Below, in pieces: positions 47,752 through 58,859 of a DNA stretch of 64,000 nucleotides. Position 1 is the first letter of the stretch, and the number at the start of each line of letters is the position of its first letter. The translations under genes and the position numbers were made by a program. The stretch lies in NCBI GenBank assembly GCA_950097015.1, contig CATNEN010000038.1, positions 20,708,001 through 20,772,000 of the forward strand, in the 5' to 3' direction. The notes under the pieces were generated by a model that saw only the letters and a list, made by a program, of their open reading frames with translations, had not been told where the DNA came from and ran no database searches. The stretch is from Macrostomum hystrix (lineage: Eukaryota; Animalia; Platyhelminthes).

Positions 47752-50700
47752 TTACGCAATGTTAAAAGGAGAGTCACGTAGAAGTTGTCGTCGCATGGCC
47801 CGTCGAGCGCGGTTGGTTTGTACCGGATCGTCCTTGCTGCCAGAACCGGGTGGAACTAGAGTCCTGCCGGCGTTGGCCGCGGTCTGGAAATCGATAATGT
47901 CGGCCTCGAGAGGGACGAGATGCGTGATGGCACGGCGGGACTCGTGACCGGTGCTCGTTCGGACAGTGACATAACGGGTGATATCATGACTGTCGGGATG
48001 GACTTCGATGACGCGGCACGTCTTCCAGTTTGACCGCGGAGTCTGGTCGGCGAGGAGGTAGAGCTGTCCAACGAGGGGCTGGTGTGAGTGCTCGCCGTGT
48101 CGTCTACGGTGTTGTAAGTGGATCGAGTGGAGTTGTTGAATGTAGTCACGGTTCCATCGCGCCCAGAAAGCGTCAATGATTTGCTCGCGGCGTCGATAGA
48201 GAACTCGTAGTTGGTTGCTGGTCGTGTTCCCAGTAGATGGAAAAAGGTGCTCAGGCGCTGCAGGCAAGTCAAGTCGAGCGCTAGGAGCGATGAGATCGGC
48301 TGCCGTTAGGGGGCGCGTATCGCTAGGGTCATTCGAGAAAGATGTCAGCGGGCGAGAGTTCAAGACAGCCTCGATCTTTGTCAGCAGGGTGAGGAACTCT
48401 TCGTCCGAGATCCGCCGGCGCCAAAGTGCGGGTCGAAGGCTGGCTTTGACCATCCCAACCAGTCGCTCGACGGCTCCTTGGTGCCACGGAGCGCGTGCCG
48501 GTGCGAATTTGAAGTGGAGTTGTCTAGCAGTGGCGAATGGTTGGAGGAGGTCAGCTAGGAGTTTGTGCTGGAACGTTGGTGTTAGCAGAGAGTCGATGAT
48601 TTTGCCGGCCGCTTGGAAGGCGGTTGCCTGGTCTAGGAAGATGCTGGCTTCGGTGAGTCCCCGGCGGGCCCAGAATCGCTCGAAAGCATGGAGAACTGAG
48701 TCCGCAGAATAGTCATGGAGGTACTCGAGATGGACCGCGCGGCTTGAGGCGCAACAGAGGAGCATTGCCCATCGTTTGTTGATAGTGCGGGTCTTCGTAT
48801 CGGTCGTCAAGACGGGGCCCAGCTGGTCGACGAGCAGAGAGCTGAACGCCGGGCCTGATGAGTTGAGGCGCTCTGGTGGTAGCTGGCCATGCTGTGGGGG
48901 AGGGAGTGTGCGTCCCTTCGTGAATCGGCATTGAAGACACTGGCGGAGGCTTGAGCGGACAGTGGAGAGACCACGGACAATCCAGAAACGGTCGCGAAGG
49001 CTCCGTAGAACAGATATGGCGCTGCTGTGGCAATCTCGTTTGTGGAAGTAGAGTATGAGCAGGTGAGTGAGATGATGATCGGGTGGAAGGAGCATTGGGT
49101 AGATTGCGTCTGCGTCTAAGGTTGCGTTTGCCATACGGGAATTGAGGCGGATCAGACCTTCGTCATCCAAGAAGAGGTCAAGCTGCGCGACTATCTTGCA
49201 GCTTTTGGGTCTGCCTTCCTGTATGGCATTGATTGCGTCAGCGTAGCGCTCTCTCTGTACCCATTTGATCCACAAGTGAAGAGCAGCCTGGCGTTCCGAG
49301 GCATCTGGCGCGGTGACTCGGTTTCTTCGCTTGACGAAACGGATAACATATGCGAGAGTTCCGAGAAGGGCACTGAGTTTGCCGAAGCGGTTGATGTCCA
49401 TGTCTGCAGGGGGGACGCATCTGTTCGATGCAGACAGGAAAGCGCTTGTCTTCTTGGTCTTTTTCTGGGCTGGTGGGATGCCTTGGAGAATCGTGGAGTT
49501 CGTGGGTGTGGGTGTTGTCTGAGATGGCCACTCCCCATGTGGCTGTCGGAGGAATCGAGGTCCGGTGAAGAAATTTGAATTGAGAAGTTGGCTGAGTGTA
49601 AGTGGCCTTGTGCAACAATCGGCAGGGTTCTCAGCGGTGTTGACGTAGCGGTAGTCGTCAGTCAGGTTGGACTCCAAGATCTCCTGAACGCGACGGGCCT
49701 CATAGGGACGGAGCTTGGCCCCATTGTGGATCCAATGTAGGACTATCTGACTGTCCATGAAGTGGGTTATGCCACTGAGCCTCTTGCCTAGGTTAAAGGA
49801 GTCGCGTAGGAAAATCGCGGCTCGGTTGGCGATTAATGCGGCCCAGAGCTCAAGGCGAGGAACCGTGATGAGTACATTCTTGCGGCCAGATGGAGCGAGG
49901 CGGGCCTTGGCGTTGATGAGGCAGCAGTTGGTGAGGTCCTTCCCATTCTGATGCAGGTAAATTGTGTACCCGTAAGCTCGAGGTGAGGCGTCGCTGAAGA
50001 TCACGAGCCTACTGGGTAGTGCCTGGTCTGCGAGGCAGCGACGAGGAACGGTAATACGGCAGATCTCGTTGAAATCATTGAGGAGTCTGCGCCAGCTCTC
50101 AACAGTATCGGTTGAGGCAGGCTTGTTCCATGCATCCATAGGACCGAAGCTTTCGTGATATAGAAGACGTCCAGCTAGAAGCAGGGGCGCTGCGTAACCG
50201 CACGGGTCGTATGGCGTAGAGATTCCCTTAAGAAGACTGGCCCGGTTGAGATTAGGGTCCAATTTCAGCTGTGGACTGGCCAGGCTCAGTCGGTCACTCT
50301 GTGTGTCCCAGAGGATTCCGAGGCTCTTGACGACTGGTTCGTGGATCTGATCTGCCCAGGGCACGTCGCAGAGCGCTCCTGGGTCACTGGCGGCAAACTG
50401 GCGGAGGTGAAACCCAGCGGATCGGAAGAGAGCTCGGGTTGCGGCAACGATACGTGGGCCCTCTTCTTGAACGTCATAGCCCTGGACCAAGTTGTCGACA
50501 TAGAGGCTGTAGGGTAGCTGCTCAAGCTGTCGAGAGCTAAGACCTGATTTTCCGGAATCCATGGCATCCAGGCAGAGTTTCCGAATGACGGCGGCAAGGA
50601 TCCACGGTGATGATCTGGCTCCCATGACGATACGGGTGAAGCGCCAGACTTGGAAATTGTCACGTGTAAGCGGCAGGTCGATGTTTTTGGGTAGGATAAC

Positions 50701-50960
50701 ACGTTGGGCGTCCCGACAATGCTCGTGCACGAGTACTTGGTAAAAGGCGGCCTGGATGTCGCTGAGGCAGATAAACTTTGAGGTTCGGAGACGTAGCTGA
50801 ACCTTGAAGAGGTTGGTGAGCAAGTTTGGCCCAGACTCCATGAGGTCGTTGAGAGAGACGCCCCCTAGAGATGTTGGCGCTGAGGCGTCTACAACTGGTC
50901 GTACTTTTGTGGTGTTTGAAGACATCTTGATGACGGGAAAGTGCGGCAGGACACTTTCCT
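47752..50960 (-). CDS. BEL/Pao pol (RT, RNase H, integrase)
   Basis: LPHFPVIK..TTKVRPVVDAS, SDIQAAFYQV, YVDN, FSDASPRAYG, TVPRLEL, DSQIVLHWI, NPADCCTR, HxxxxH..CxxC, DQLGP, DQAT, GAVERLVG; frame differs from upstream gag-PR ORF. Confidence 0.92.
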
Positions 50961-53740
50961 TTTGGACTAGTGTCATCGACGATTTCCAGGATCCCTTCTG
51001 CTTTGTGCTTTTCAAACTCTCCATAGTACTCTTGACGCTCCGCCTGTGAAAGACGACGGTGTGTAGCCTGAGCGCGACCCCAAGCTTGTCCGAAGTTTGA
51101 TGGGAGTTGCTCCGCTCCAGGCTTGAAGGGTAATGCGACCGAGTAACGACCGTCCGATCCACGTGTGGCCGAGTCCAGGAGGTCTTTCGTCAAAACGTCG
51201 CCTCGTGGATTGGGTTGTTCGGCCCCTCTTTCGATGCCGAGCAGCTCGAGGCTGGTCATTCGGTCGACCAGACATTCAAGGTTGTCGGGACGGGATTGTG
51301 ACAGAAGTGAGTTGGCGATGAGTTGACTAGAGTTGAGAAGCCCACTGGATTTACGATCGTCGGTATTTTCGAGGCAGCCTGTGAGGACGGCACCAAACGG
51401 GGTGAGGTGCGCGGTAAGACTTGGCCGCAGTGGGATTGCAGGAACGCTCGGGCCTATTAACCGCTGAGCATAGTCGTTACCGATGAGCAAATCTAACTCA
51501 AGTTCCCCGTCTTGGGAAGGTGGGAGATTGGCTATTCCATGGGGCAAGTGTTGCAGAGTGGCCAGAATATCACTTGGTAGCTGGACAGCTGGTATGTGGA
51601 TTGGTGGAGCGATGTGCTCGGTTGCCAGAACTCGGAGTGGTAAACGGCGGCCATCGGGTGTTGAGAGTTCGAGTTCGACGATGTCTGCGGTCACTCGGCG
51701 TCGAGAGTTGGTGTGACATGAAGAGCTGTCAAGCGAGATTCGGCGATGTAAACGAAGACCGAGTTTTCGAGCCACATCGAGTTTTATGTACGTGAAACTG
51801 CAGCCGCCATCGATGAGGACCGACACTCGCGTAGTTCCGCCGCTAGTCGGGTTTACAGCAGTGGCAGAGAATGTGGCCATGATGGATGGTCTTATCAACT
51901 CGTCGCAGGTGGAGGAGATGCAGGAGACGGTATTGATGGTGTTATCGTTCATGGCTTTTAAGTTGGCGAATGCCGTCGGCAATGCGGTCGTCGAGTCGAG
52001 GTTGCTGTTGGCTTTCGCTGTTGAGTCGACGTGAAGAACATGCGGTGGTGGATTGAAACGCGCTCCGTGAAGTGATGTGTGGTGCAATGCTCGACACTCG
52101 CGGCATCTGTTCCGGGAGCTACAGTTTGAGGTGGCATGGCTACGCAGGCAGTTGAGGCACAGGGCCTTGCTTCGAATAATGCGGAGCCGATCATCGGGCT
52201 TCGAAATTACGCCGCATGTCTGACTGGAGTGTCCTGACCGTTCGCAGTAGACGCAGATCGGTGCATGTGCACGTGTGTGCACGTGACCAGCACTCGGAGT
52301 GGATGAAGTTACGGAGCGGTTTGTGGCAGCGTTGATTAGACTAGCTCCGGCATAGGGGGCGAAACCAGCTGTTGCGTAGTTGGTTTGCGAGGCACGGATG
52401 GCACGAAGCTTGTTGTCGAGGTGTCCCTGGAGCTCTTGCATTGTTGGAATTAGCGGTTGCAACGCCTTACAACGCACATCCTGGATATCTGATTGGAGCG
52501 CCGGTGGGAGCTTTGGCCACAGTGCATGCACGTAGGGATCCAGGGCAGCACTGGTTTCACCGAGGCGAGTTAGCTGGCCGACTGTGAGGCGAAGTGTGTC
52601 TGAAAATTCCTCCAGGCTCTGGTGGTCGATGTTGCAAAGCTGCGGCATCGCGAGAAGTCGCCTGAAGCAGGTGCTCTTCTGCTCCCACAGGTCGCCATAA
52701 TTAGCTTGGAGAATTTGGCAGGCTTGGTTGTAGGCCCCCGGTTGACAGGCGTCCAGACCACCTAGTTTCCGGAGGGCAGCGCCAGCGAGAAGCCCGCGAA
52801 GAGCTTCAAATTTATCAACGTCTGTGTAGTTGCAGCTGTCGATGCGGTAAGTGAAAGAACTCCAAAATGCAGGGAAACTAGCTGGGTCTTCACCGTCGAA
52901 ACCCTGAAGTTGAACATTGCGGAGGATGGTGTCGCCGAAGAGGGACGTCGGTCGAGGCGTCGGAGGGGCGGGCTGGGATGTGGTCTGGTTTATGTGAAGC
53001 TTTTGTACGAGCAGCTGGTTCTGCTGCATCATCTGAGCCATTGCGCCAATAAGTTGTTGTACAGCGTCCTGTTGGTTAGGTACACCGAATGCGATAGAGC
53101 CGACTAGACTGGCAGGTGCGGCGAGGCCGCTGGTGGGTGCGGCGAGGCCGCTGGCAGGTGCGGCGAGGCCGCTGGTGGGTGCGGCGAGGCCGCTGGTGGG
53201 TGCGGCGAGGCCGCTGGTGGGTGCGGCGAGGCCGCTGGTAGGTGCGGCGAGGCCGCTGGCAGATGCGGCGAGGCCGCTGGTGGGTGAGGCGAGGGCGCTG
53301 GCAGGTGCGGCGAGGCCGCTAGCAGGTGCGGCGAGGCCGCTGGTGGGTGCGGCGAGGCCGCTGGTAGGTGCGGCGAGGCCGCTAGCAGGTGCGGCGAGGC
53401 CGCTAGCAGGTGCGGCGAGGCCGCTGGTAGGTGCGGCGAGGCCGCTGGCAGATGCGGCGAGGCCGCTGGTAGGTGCGGCGAGGCCGCTAGCAGGTGCGGC
53501 GAGGCCGCTAGCAGGTGCGGCGAGGCCGCTAGCAGGTGCGGCGAGGCCGCTAGCAGGTGCGGCGAGGCCGCTGGTAGGTGCGGCGAGGCCGCTTGTAGGT
53601 GCGGCGAGGCCGCTGGCAGGAGCTGCGAGGCCGCTGGCAGATGCGGCGAGGCCGCTGGTAGTCAGGTTAGTGTATGTAGGTCTTACTCGGCTTTGAGATT
53701 TGTGACCGAGCTTTCCACGAGTGGTGCTGCGCGTCTTCAT
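50950..53740 (-). CDS. BEL/Pao gag-protease
   Basis: FDGEDPASFPAFWSSF, three Zn knuckles (CVYCERSGHSSQTC, CLNCLRSHATSNC, CRECRALHHTSLH), protease LIDGGCSFTYI and DLLIGND, YSVALPFK; N-terminal 21-bp in-frame repeat. Confidence 0.92.
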
Positions 53741-53770
53741 TTTTGACTTGGCTGTGTGGATACGTTAGTG

Positions 53771-53783
53771 CGCTCTGCTACCA
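53771..53783 (-). promoter_or_regulatory. Primer binding site complementary to the initiator tRNA-Met 3' end
   Basis: TGGTAGCAGAGCG 3 nt downstream of the 5' LTR on the minus strand. Confidence 0.8.
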
Positions 53784-54094
53784 ATTTGTCGCTTGGGACA
53801 AAACTTCTTTGCTTGTATTTGACTTGTATATTGAAAGTATTTGGTTCGAAGCTCTTGTGGGCTTAGTGCGCACTAGAAGCAACTAAAGGGGAACTGTACC
53901 GAGAAAGGAATTAGAAACATAGACAACGATTGAGTAACAAGGGGCGGGCAGGATGCGTAGTCTATGGGCTAAAAGGACGATAGAAAGCGAAACAATTAAA
54001 GTGCAGTGAAACGTACTGATTAACTAGTTGGTGAGCAAGAGAGAAAAGAGGAGAGTCGAAGGAAACGACGAGAAGGAGTTCTGGAGGAAGCATT

Positions 54095-54461
54095 AATAAT
54101 AATAATAATAATTGCAGGAGGGCTGCGGGCAATGACACATAGTTTGGTGACACTAGACCCGCAGCCAGCGAGGAGGCAATTCTGCCCATTTCGCTGACTC
54201 CTGAGCACACACGCACACAGATACCGTACGCAGGCATACGCTCACACAGCTGTGTACATCTGCCCTGACTTTCTCATCGTCAGGCAGTGTACACTCTCAC
54301 TGTGCCTTGGAGGTTGGCCCTCAAGGGCGTAAATTGCACGACAAGCCCCCAAGCCTTCTCTCCGCGGCTGCGCCCCAAATAAATGTGGCCTCGCCGTGGA
54401 ATCGAACTTAGGGACTGTGGTGCGAGTGGCAAACGCGTTAACCGCTCTGCCACCGACCCCC
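54095..54461 (-). mobile_element. Full-length young SINE family A copy inside the 5' LTR
   Basis: Perfect 12-bp TSD GGAGGAAGCATT (54083-54094, 54462-54473); absent from the other LTR; box A/B and (ATT)n tail intact. Confidence 0.95.
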
Positions 54462-54480
54462 GGAGGAAGCATTTCCGACA

Positions 54481-54834
54481 CCATGAAAATCCCGAACGCG
54501 GGCTAGAATTTTTCTGTAAACCATGAAAATCCCGAACGCGGGCTAGAATTTTTCTGTAAACCATGAAAATCCCGAACGCGGGCTAGAATTTTTCTGTAAA
54601 CCATGAAAATCCCGAACGCGGGCTAGAATTTTTCTGTAAAACCATGAAAATCCCGAACGCGGGCTAGAATTTTTCTGTAAACCATGAAAATCCCGAACGC
54701 GGGCTAGAATTTTTCTGTAAACCATGAAAATCCCGAACGCGGGCTAGAATTTTTCTGTAAACCATGAAAATCCCGAACGCGGGCTAGAATTTTTCTGTAA
54801 ACCATGAAAATCCCGAACGCGGGCTAGAATTTTC
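54481..54834. repeat. 40-bp satellite, right part
   Basis: Same unit resumes in register after the LTR element. Confidence 0.97.
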
Positions 54835-54933
54835 CGCTCAATCCAATGAAACAATCCTCCTCGGGGTGTCTCGTGGCAAAAACAACCAAATAACCTCCGT
54901 GGTCTTTCCCCAGGTGAGGTCGTTTTTTTACTG

Positions 54934-55268
54934 CTAAGGGTGTAAATTGAGTGACAAGCCTCCAAGACTTGTCTCTGCGGCTGCGCCCAAAATGAATGAA
55001 ATGCGTGGCCTCGCCGCAGATTGAGCTCAACGGAGCTTTGCGCGAGAATCGAGCTCACACAGGTGTGTACATCTGCCCTGACTTTCTCATCGTCAGGCAG
55101 CGTACACCTTCACTGTGCCTTGGAGGTTGGCCCTTAAGGGCGTAAATTGCACGACAAGCCCCTTGTCTCCGCGGCTGCGCCCCAAATAAATGTGGCCTCG
55201 CCGTGGAATCGAACTTAGGGACCGTGGTGCGAGAGGCAAACGCGGAAACCGCTCTGACACCGACCCCC
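54934..55268 (-). mobile_element. 5' half of the split SINE (54934-55050) plus an adjacent 3'-truncated SINE A copy (55053-55268)
   Basis: Both segments match family A; the second has an intact head ending ACCGACCCC on the plus strand. Confidence 0.8.
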
Positions 55269-56128
55269 TTCGTGGCTGCAACAAAACAAGAATAATTTTC
55301 CAACACCATTGTTTGCAAGATAATTCACGACCGAGAAAGCAATCAAAACAGAAACTTAGTATTTCTCGAAATTGAAAGAATACGAGTAAATAAAGCTGCA
55401 TTATTTAATATGCAGTCGCGAGAAGAGGAAAAAGAATGAGTAATTGTGTCATGAGTATTCTTGGCCCAATACTCTGGAAAACGCATATAATATGCAATCT
55501 AAGAAAACAAATGAGTTTTCTATACCGCGATTTTCGGTAAAAACTAATTGCTTTTTGTTCCGATTGCATTTCTTGTAGAGATATCTTGCACAGATATTCC
55601 AAGGATCAAATAAGTAAAAGGGTTATTTTAGATGTGGGGTATTCTCGGCAAAAGTTTCCTTAATTTTACTGATACTTAGCTTGCTTTCTTCATACTAGCT
55701 ACATCAAGTCACAGACTCGAACCGAAAAACATCTAAGCAAGAAGCGACCGCCGTCGGCTACACAACAGTTAAGAAGTTCTCGCAAAAATGTAATATTTAA
55801 AATCACAGCTGGGTCCGTAAGCTCGAATACGCGGCGAGGCCACACTCTAAACACGTACTAAACACCGTGGATTTGGGTGAGCCTTTGGGTCTCATCGTCC
55901 CTCCCTGGCAACGCCCATGCATCGGCCTAGGGGAGCATTCTGTTCTGTCTCATTGGTCCGTTGCATAATCAGCCTATACGACAGAGGAACGGATTGGGGA
56001 AGAATGCTGCAAAGCAATCTTAATAAATAATGAATCTTTTTAGGCAGAGGAGATTGCTTCGGGGACTCAAGAACGCTTAAACAAGTTTGATTCTTTAATT
56101 TTGCATTCGATAAAACTGCCACTCAGAC

Positions 56129-56922
56129 ATGTCGTCAGCCGCTTCAAAGGTGACTTTCACCCGGCTGTGCCTGCTGCTGGCACTGGCAATTGTCCTCCTA
56201 GATGACAAAGCCGAAGCCTTCAATGCCGGTGGACCTGGAGGCATCGAGGAGGAGGGCCGCATCAGTCCAGGCCAGTGGCGAACCCTGACAAAACGGTGGC
56301 TTCGCGAGTTGCAGGCCACAGGAGGCAGGCACGGCGGCGAGACGCGTTTTAGCCGGTGAGGGACCGCAAAAATTTCCGGATGTCCGGGTTTTTACGAACT
56401 TTCCGGGTTTTACGGACTTTCCGGGTTTTACAGACTTTCCGGGTTTTACGGACTTTCCGGTTTTATGGACTTTCCGGGTTTTACGGATTTTCCGGTTTTA
56501 CAGACTTTCCGGGTTTTACGGACTTTCCGGTTTTACGGACTTTCCGGGTTTTACGGACTTTCCGGTTTTACGGACTTTCCGGGTTTTACGGACTTTCCGG
56601 GTTTTACAGATTCTCCGTACTTGTCGACAGAAAAATCCCCATCGTAATCATCATTCTTGTTGTTTATACTTTAAAATTTATTTTTTTGCTGAATCTTTTA
56701 TAAACATTTTGCTAAGTTTACCCTGGGTGCTAAGTGCTTTGCTAATTTAGATTAAAGTAAATTAAGCAAGCGAGTTTTTTGAATATTTTATTGGAATTTA
56801 GATAACATCCAAATTTGCCAGAAAAGGTTTAAAAAAGATTTTTCCATTGTTGCAGCAACCGCAAATGGTGGCCAGTGAAGTACTGGGAGGTTCCGCCAGA
56901 AGAGATCGAAGTTCGGCGATAA
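56129..56922 (+). CDS. Probable neuropeptide precursor (97 aa)
   Basis: Signal peptide (..LCLLLALAIVLLDDKAEA-F); exons 56129-56355 and 56856-56922 join in phase 2; basic sites KR, RNRK, terminal RR flank WWPVKYWEVPPEEIEV. Confidence 0.75.
56372..56612. repeat. 17-18-bp minisatellite in intron
   Basis: Unit GGACTTTCCGGGTTTTAC. Confidence 0.95.
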
Positions 56923-57281
56923 ACTCGTCGAGATGGAAGACGTCCTCCTCTCATTGGCTGCGACGTCGGCTGTGCAACGCTAAAACTAATGATCCCAATA
57001 ATTGATTTTTCACTTTTTGAGTTTCTGAACTTTGAACAATTCTGCATTGAATCAGTGAAAATAAAAGACCTAGAAAACTGTCGATTGAAGTCGGCGTCAT
57101 GCAAAGTTAAACTTTATGTTCAATAAAAATAATGTGATATACTTTCATATGGCCTGAAAACCATTTTGACTTGTCGTTTCATTGAATTTCTATACATGGC
57201 TAGCTTTAAATCGAAATGTAGCTCGTATTAATAGAAGACACAGCTCAAAAGACACGATCAGAAGACAGGTTAAAAGACATA

Positions 57282-57800
57282 ATAGACACAACTCGGAAGA
57301 CAAAGACCAGTAGACACAACTCGAAGACAAAGACCAGTAGACACAACTCGAAGACAAAGACCAGTAGACACAACTCGAAGACAAAGACCAGTAGACACAA
57401 CTCGAAGACAAAGACCAGTAGACACAACTCGGAAGACAAAGACCAGTAGACACAACTCGAAGACAAAGACCAGTAGACACAACTCGGAAGACAAAGACCA
57501 GTAGACACAACTCGAAGACAAAGACCAGTAGACACAACTCGAAGACAAAGACCAGTAGACACAACTCGAAGACAAAGATCAGTAGACACAACTCGAAGAC
57601 AAAGACCAGTAGACACAACTCGAAGACAAAGATCAGTAGACACAACTCGAAGACAAAGACCAGTAGACACAACTCGAAGACAAAGACCAGTAGACACAAC
57701 TCGAAGACAAAGACCAGTAGACACAACTCGGAAGACAAAGACCAGTAGACACAACTCGAAGACAAAGACCAGTAGACACAACTATAAGACAAAGACCATG
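57282..57800. repeat. 27-bp minisatellite
   Basis: Unit GACACAACTCGAAGACAAAGACCAGTA. Confidence 0.96.
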
Positions 57801-58859
57801 CAGTAGATACGAAAAAAGCTCTCTCAAACAAGGTAACGATTTAGCTGCTGCCGATAAAAACATTACAAAATTATTTTTTTAATTTCCCCGATGACAGACC
57901 AGCATTATTGACTTAAGAAACGTAGCTAGTCTATCGCTGGCGTGGTAGATACAGAAATAAAAACCGTACAGTATACATGACACATGTTTTGCCAATTTCC
58001 ACCGTAAGGCAATTGACATCATTGTCTTCATCTTAAATCTGGTTTTCAATGTTATTTCAGCTAAAAAACATACATCGACCAAGGCCTCTGTGTTTGTTCG
58101 CTTTTTTTAGAGGCATTGTGTCAAGGAATTTGTTCCAGTTCTAATTGTTGGTACGAAAGATTGCCTAACATTGTTATGCTGTGTATGCAGCGTACCCTGG
58201 AGCTGTTTTTGCTACAGCTTTACTTTTCAGGAAATTTTTCTAAACGGTGCATTGTGACGGAGAAAACTGGAATATAGAAAATTTATATTTATTCAGTACG
58301 AGCCAGTGACATTGGAAGGATCGCCTTAGACAAAAACAAAAATGTCTACTTCGGTGTCCTGTTATGTCCATGGTTATGGTATCGTTTTGGAGGTGTACGA
58401 GCCGTATTTTTGGGTCTAACAACCAATAAAAAATAACGTATTTTAAAATATATATAACGCGAGTAGTTCTTTGAGCTAAAATTAGACTGTCAGTTTTTTG
58501 GTCTTACAATTAACCAGAGAACGCTGACTAATATCAGCGCACCGATGCAATAAATTGTACGTGCAAATTAATTTAGACACAAATTAGCCAAACCTAAATT
58601 GATTGACTAATTTGTTTACGCACTAGATAGCCGAAAAATCATGAATCTATTACACTTCCATGGATATGAAAAGCAATGATGTTGGTTATGAAGCTCAATT
58701 TACTAATGCCTAACTGAGTTTTTGTTTATATGCCTACCGCTATCAGATAATAAAATATGTCAAATAGTGTACTTTACCACGGCTTGGACAAGCCAGTTCT
58801 GGCCAAATAGAGATCCAAAAGAACATGTAGACCATTGTACAGGCCAAACGGATTGTGAG

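Larger units (their letters stand above)
47420..54480 (-). mobile_element. BEL/Pao LTR retrotransposon, full length and very young
   Basis: TG..CA LTRs 47420-47734 (315 bp) and 53787-54480 (315 bp plus SINE), identical by eye; 5-bp TSD CCATG (47415-47419, 54481-54485); PBS TGGTAGCAGAGCG; gag-PR-RT-RH-IN order. Confidence 0.96.
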
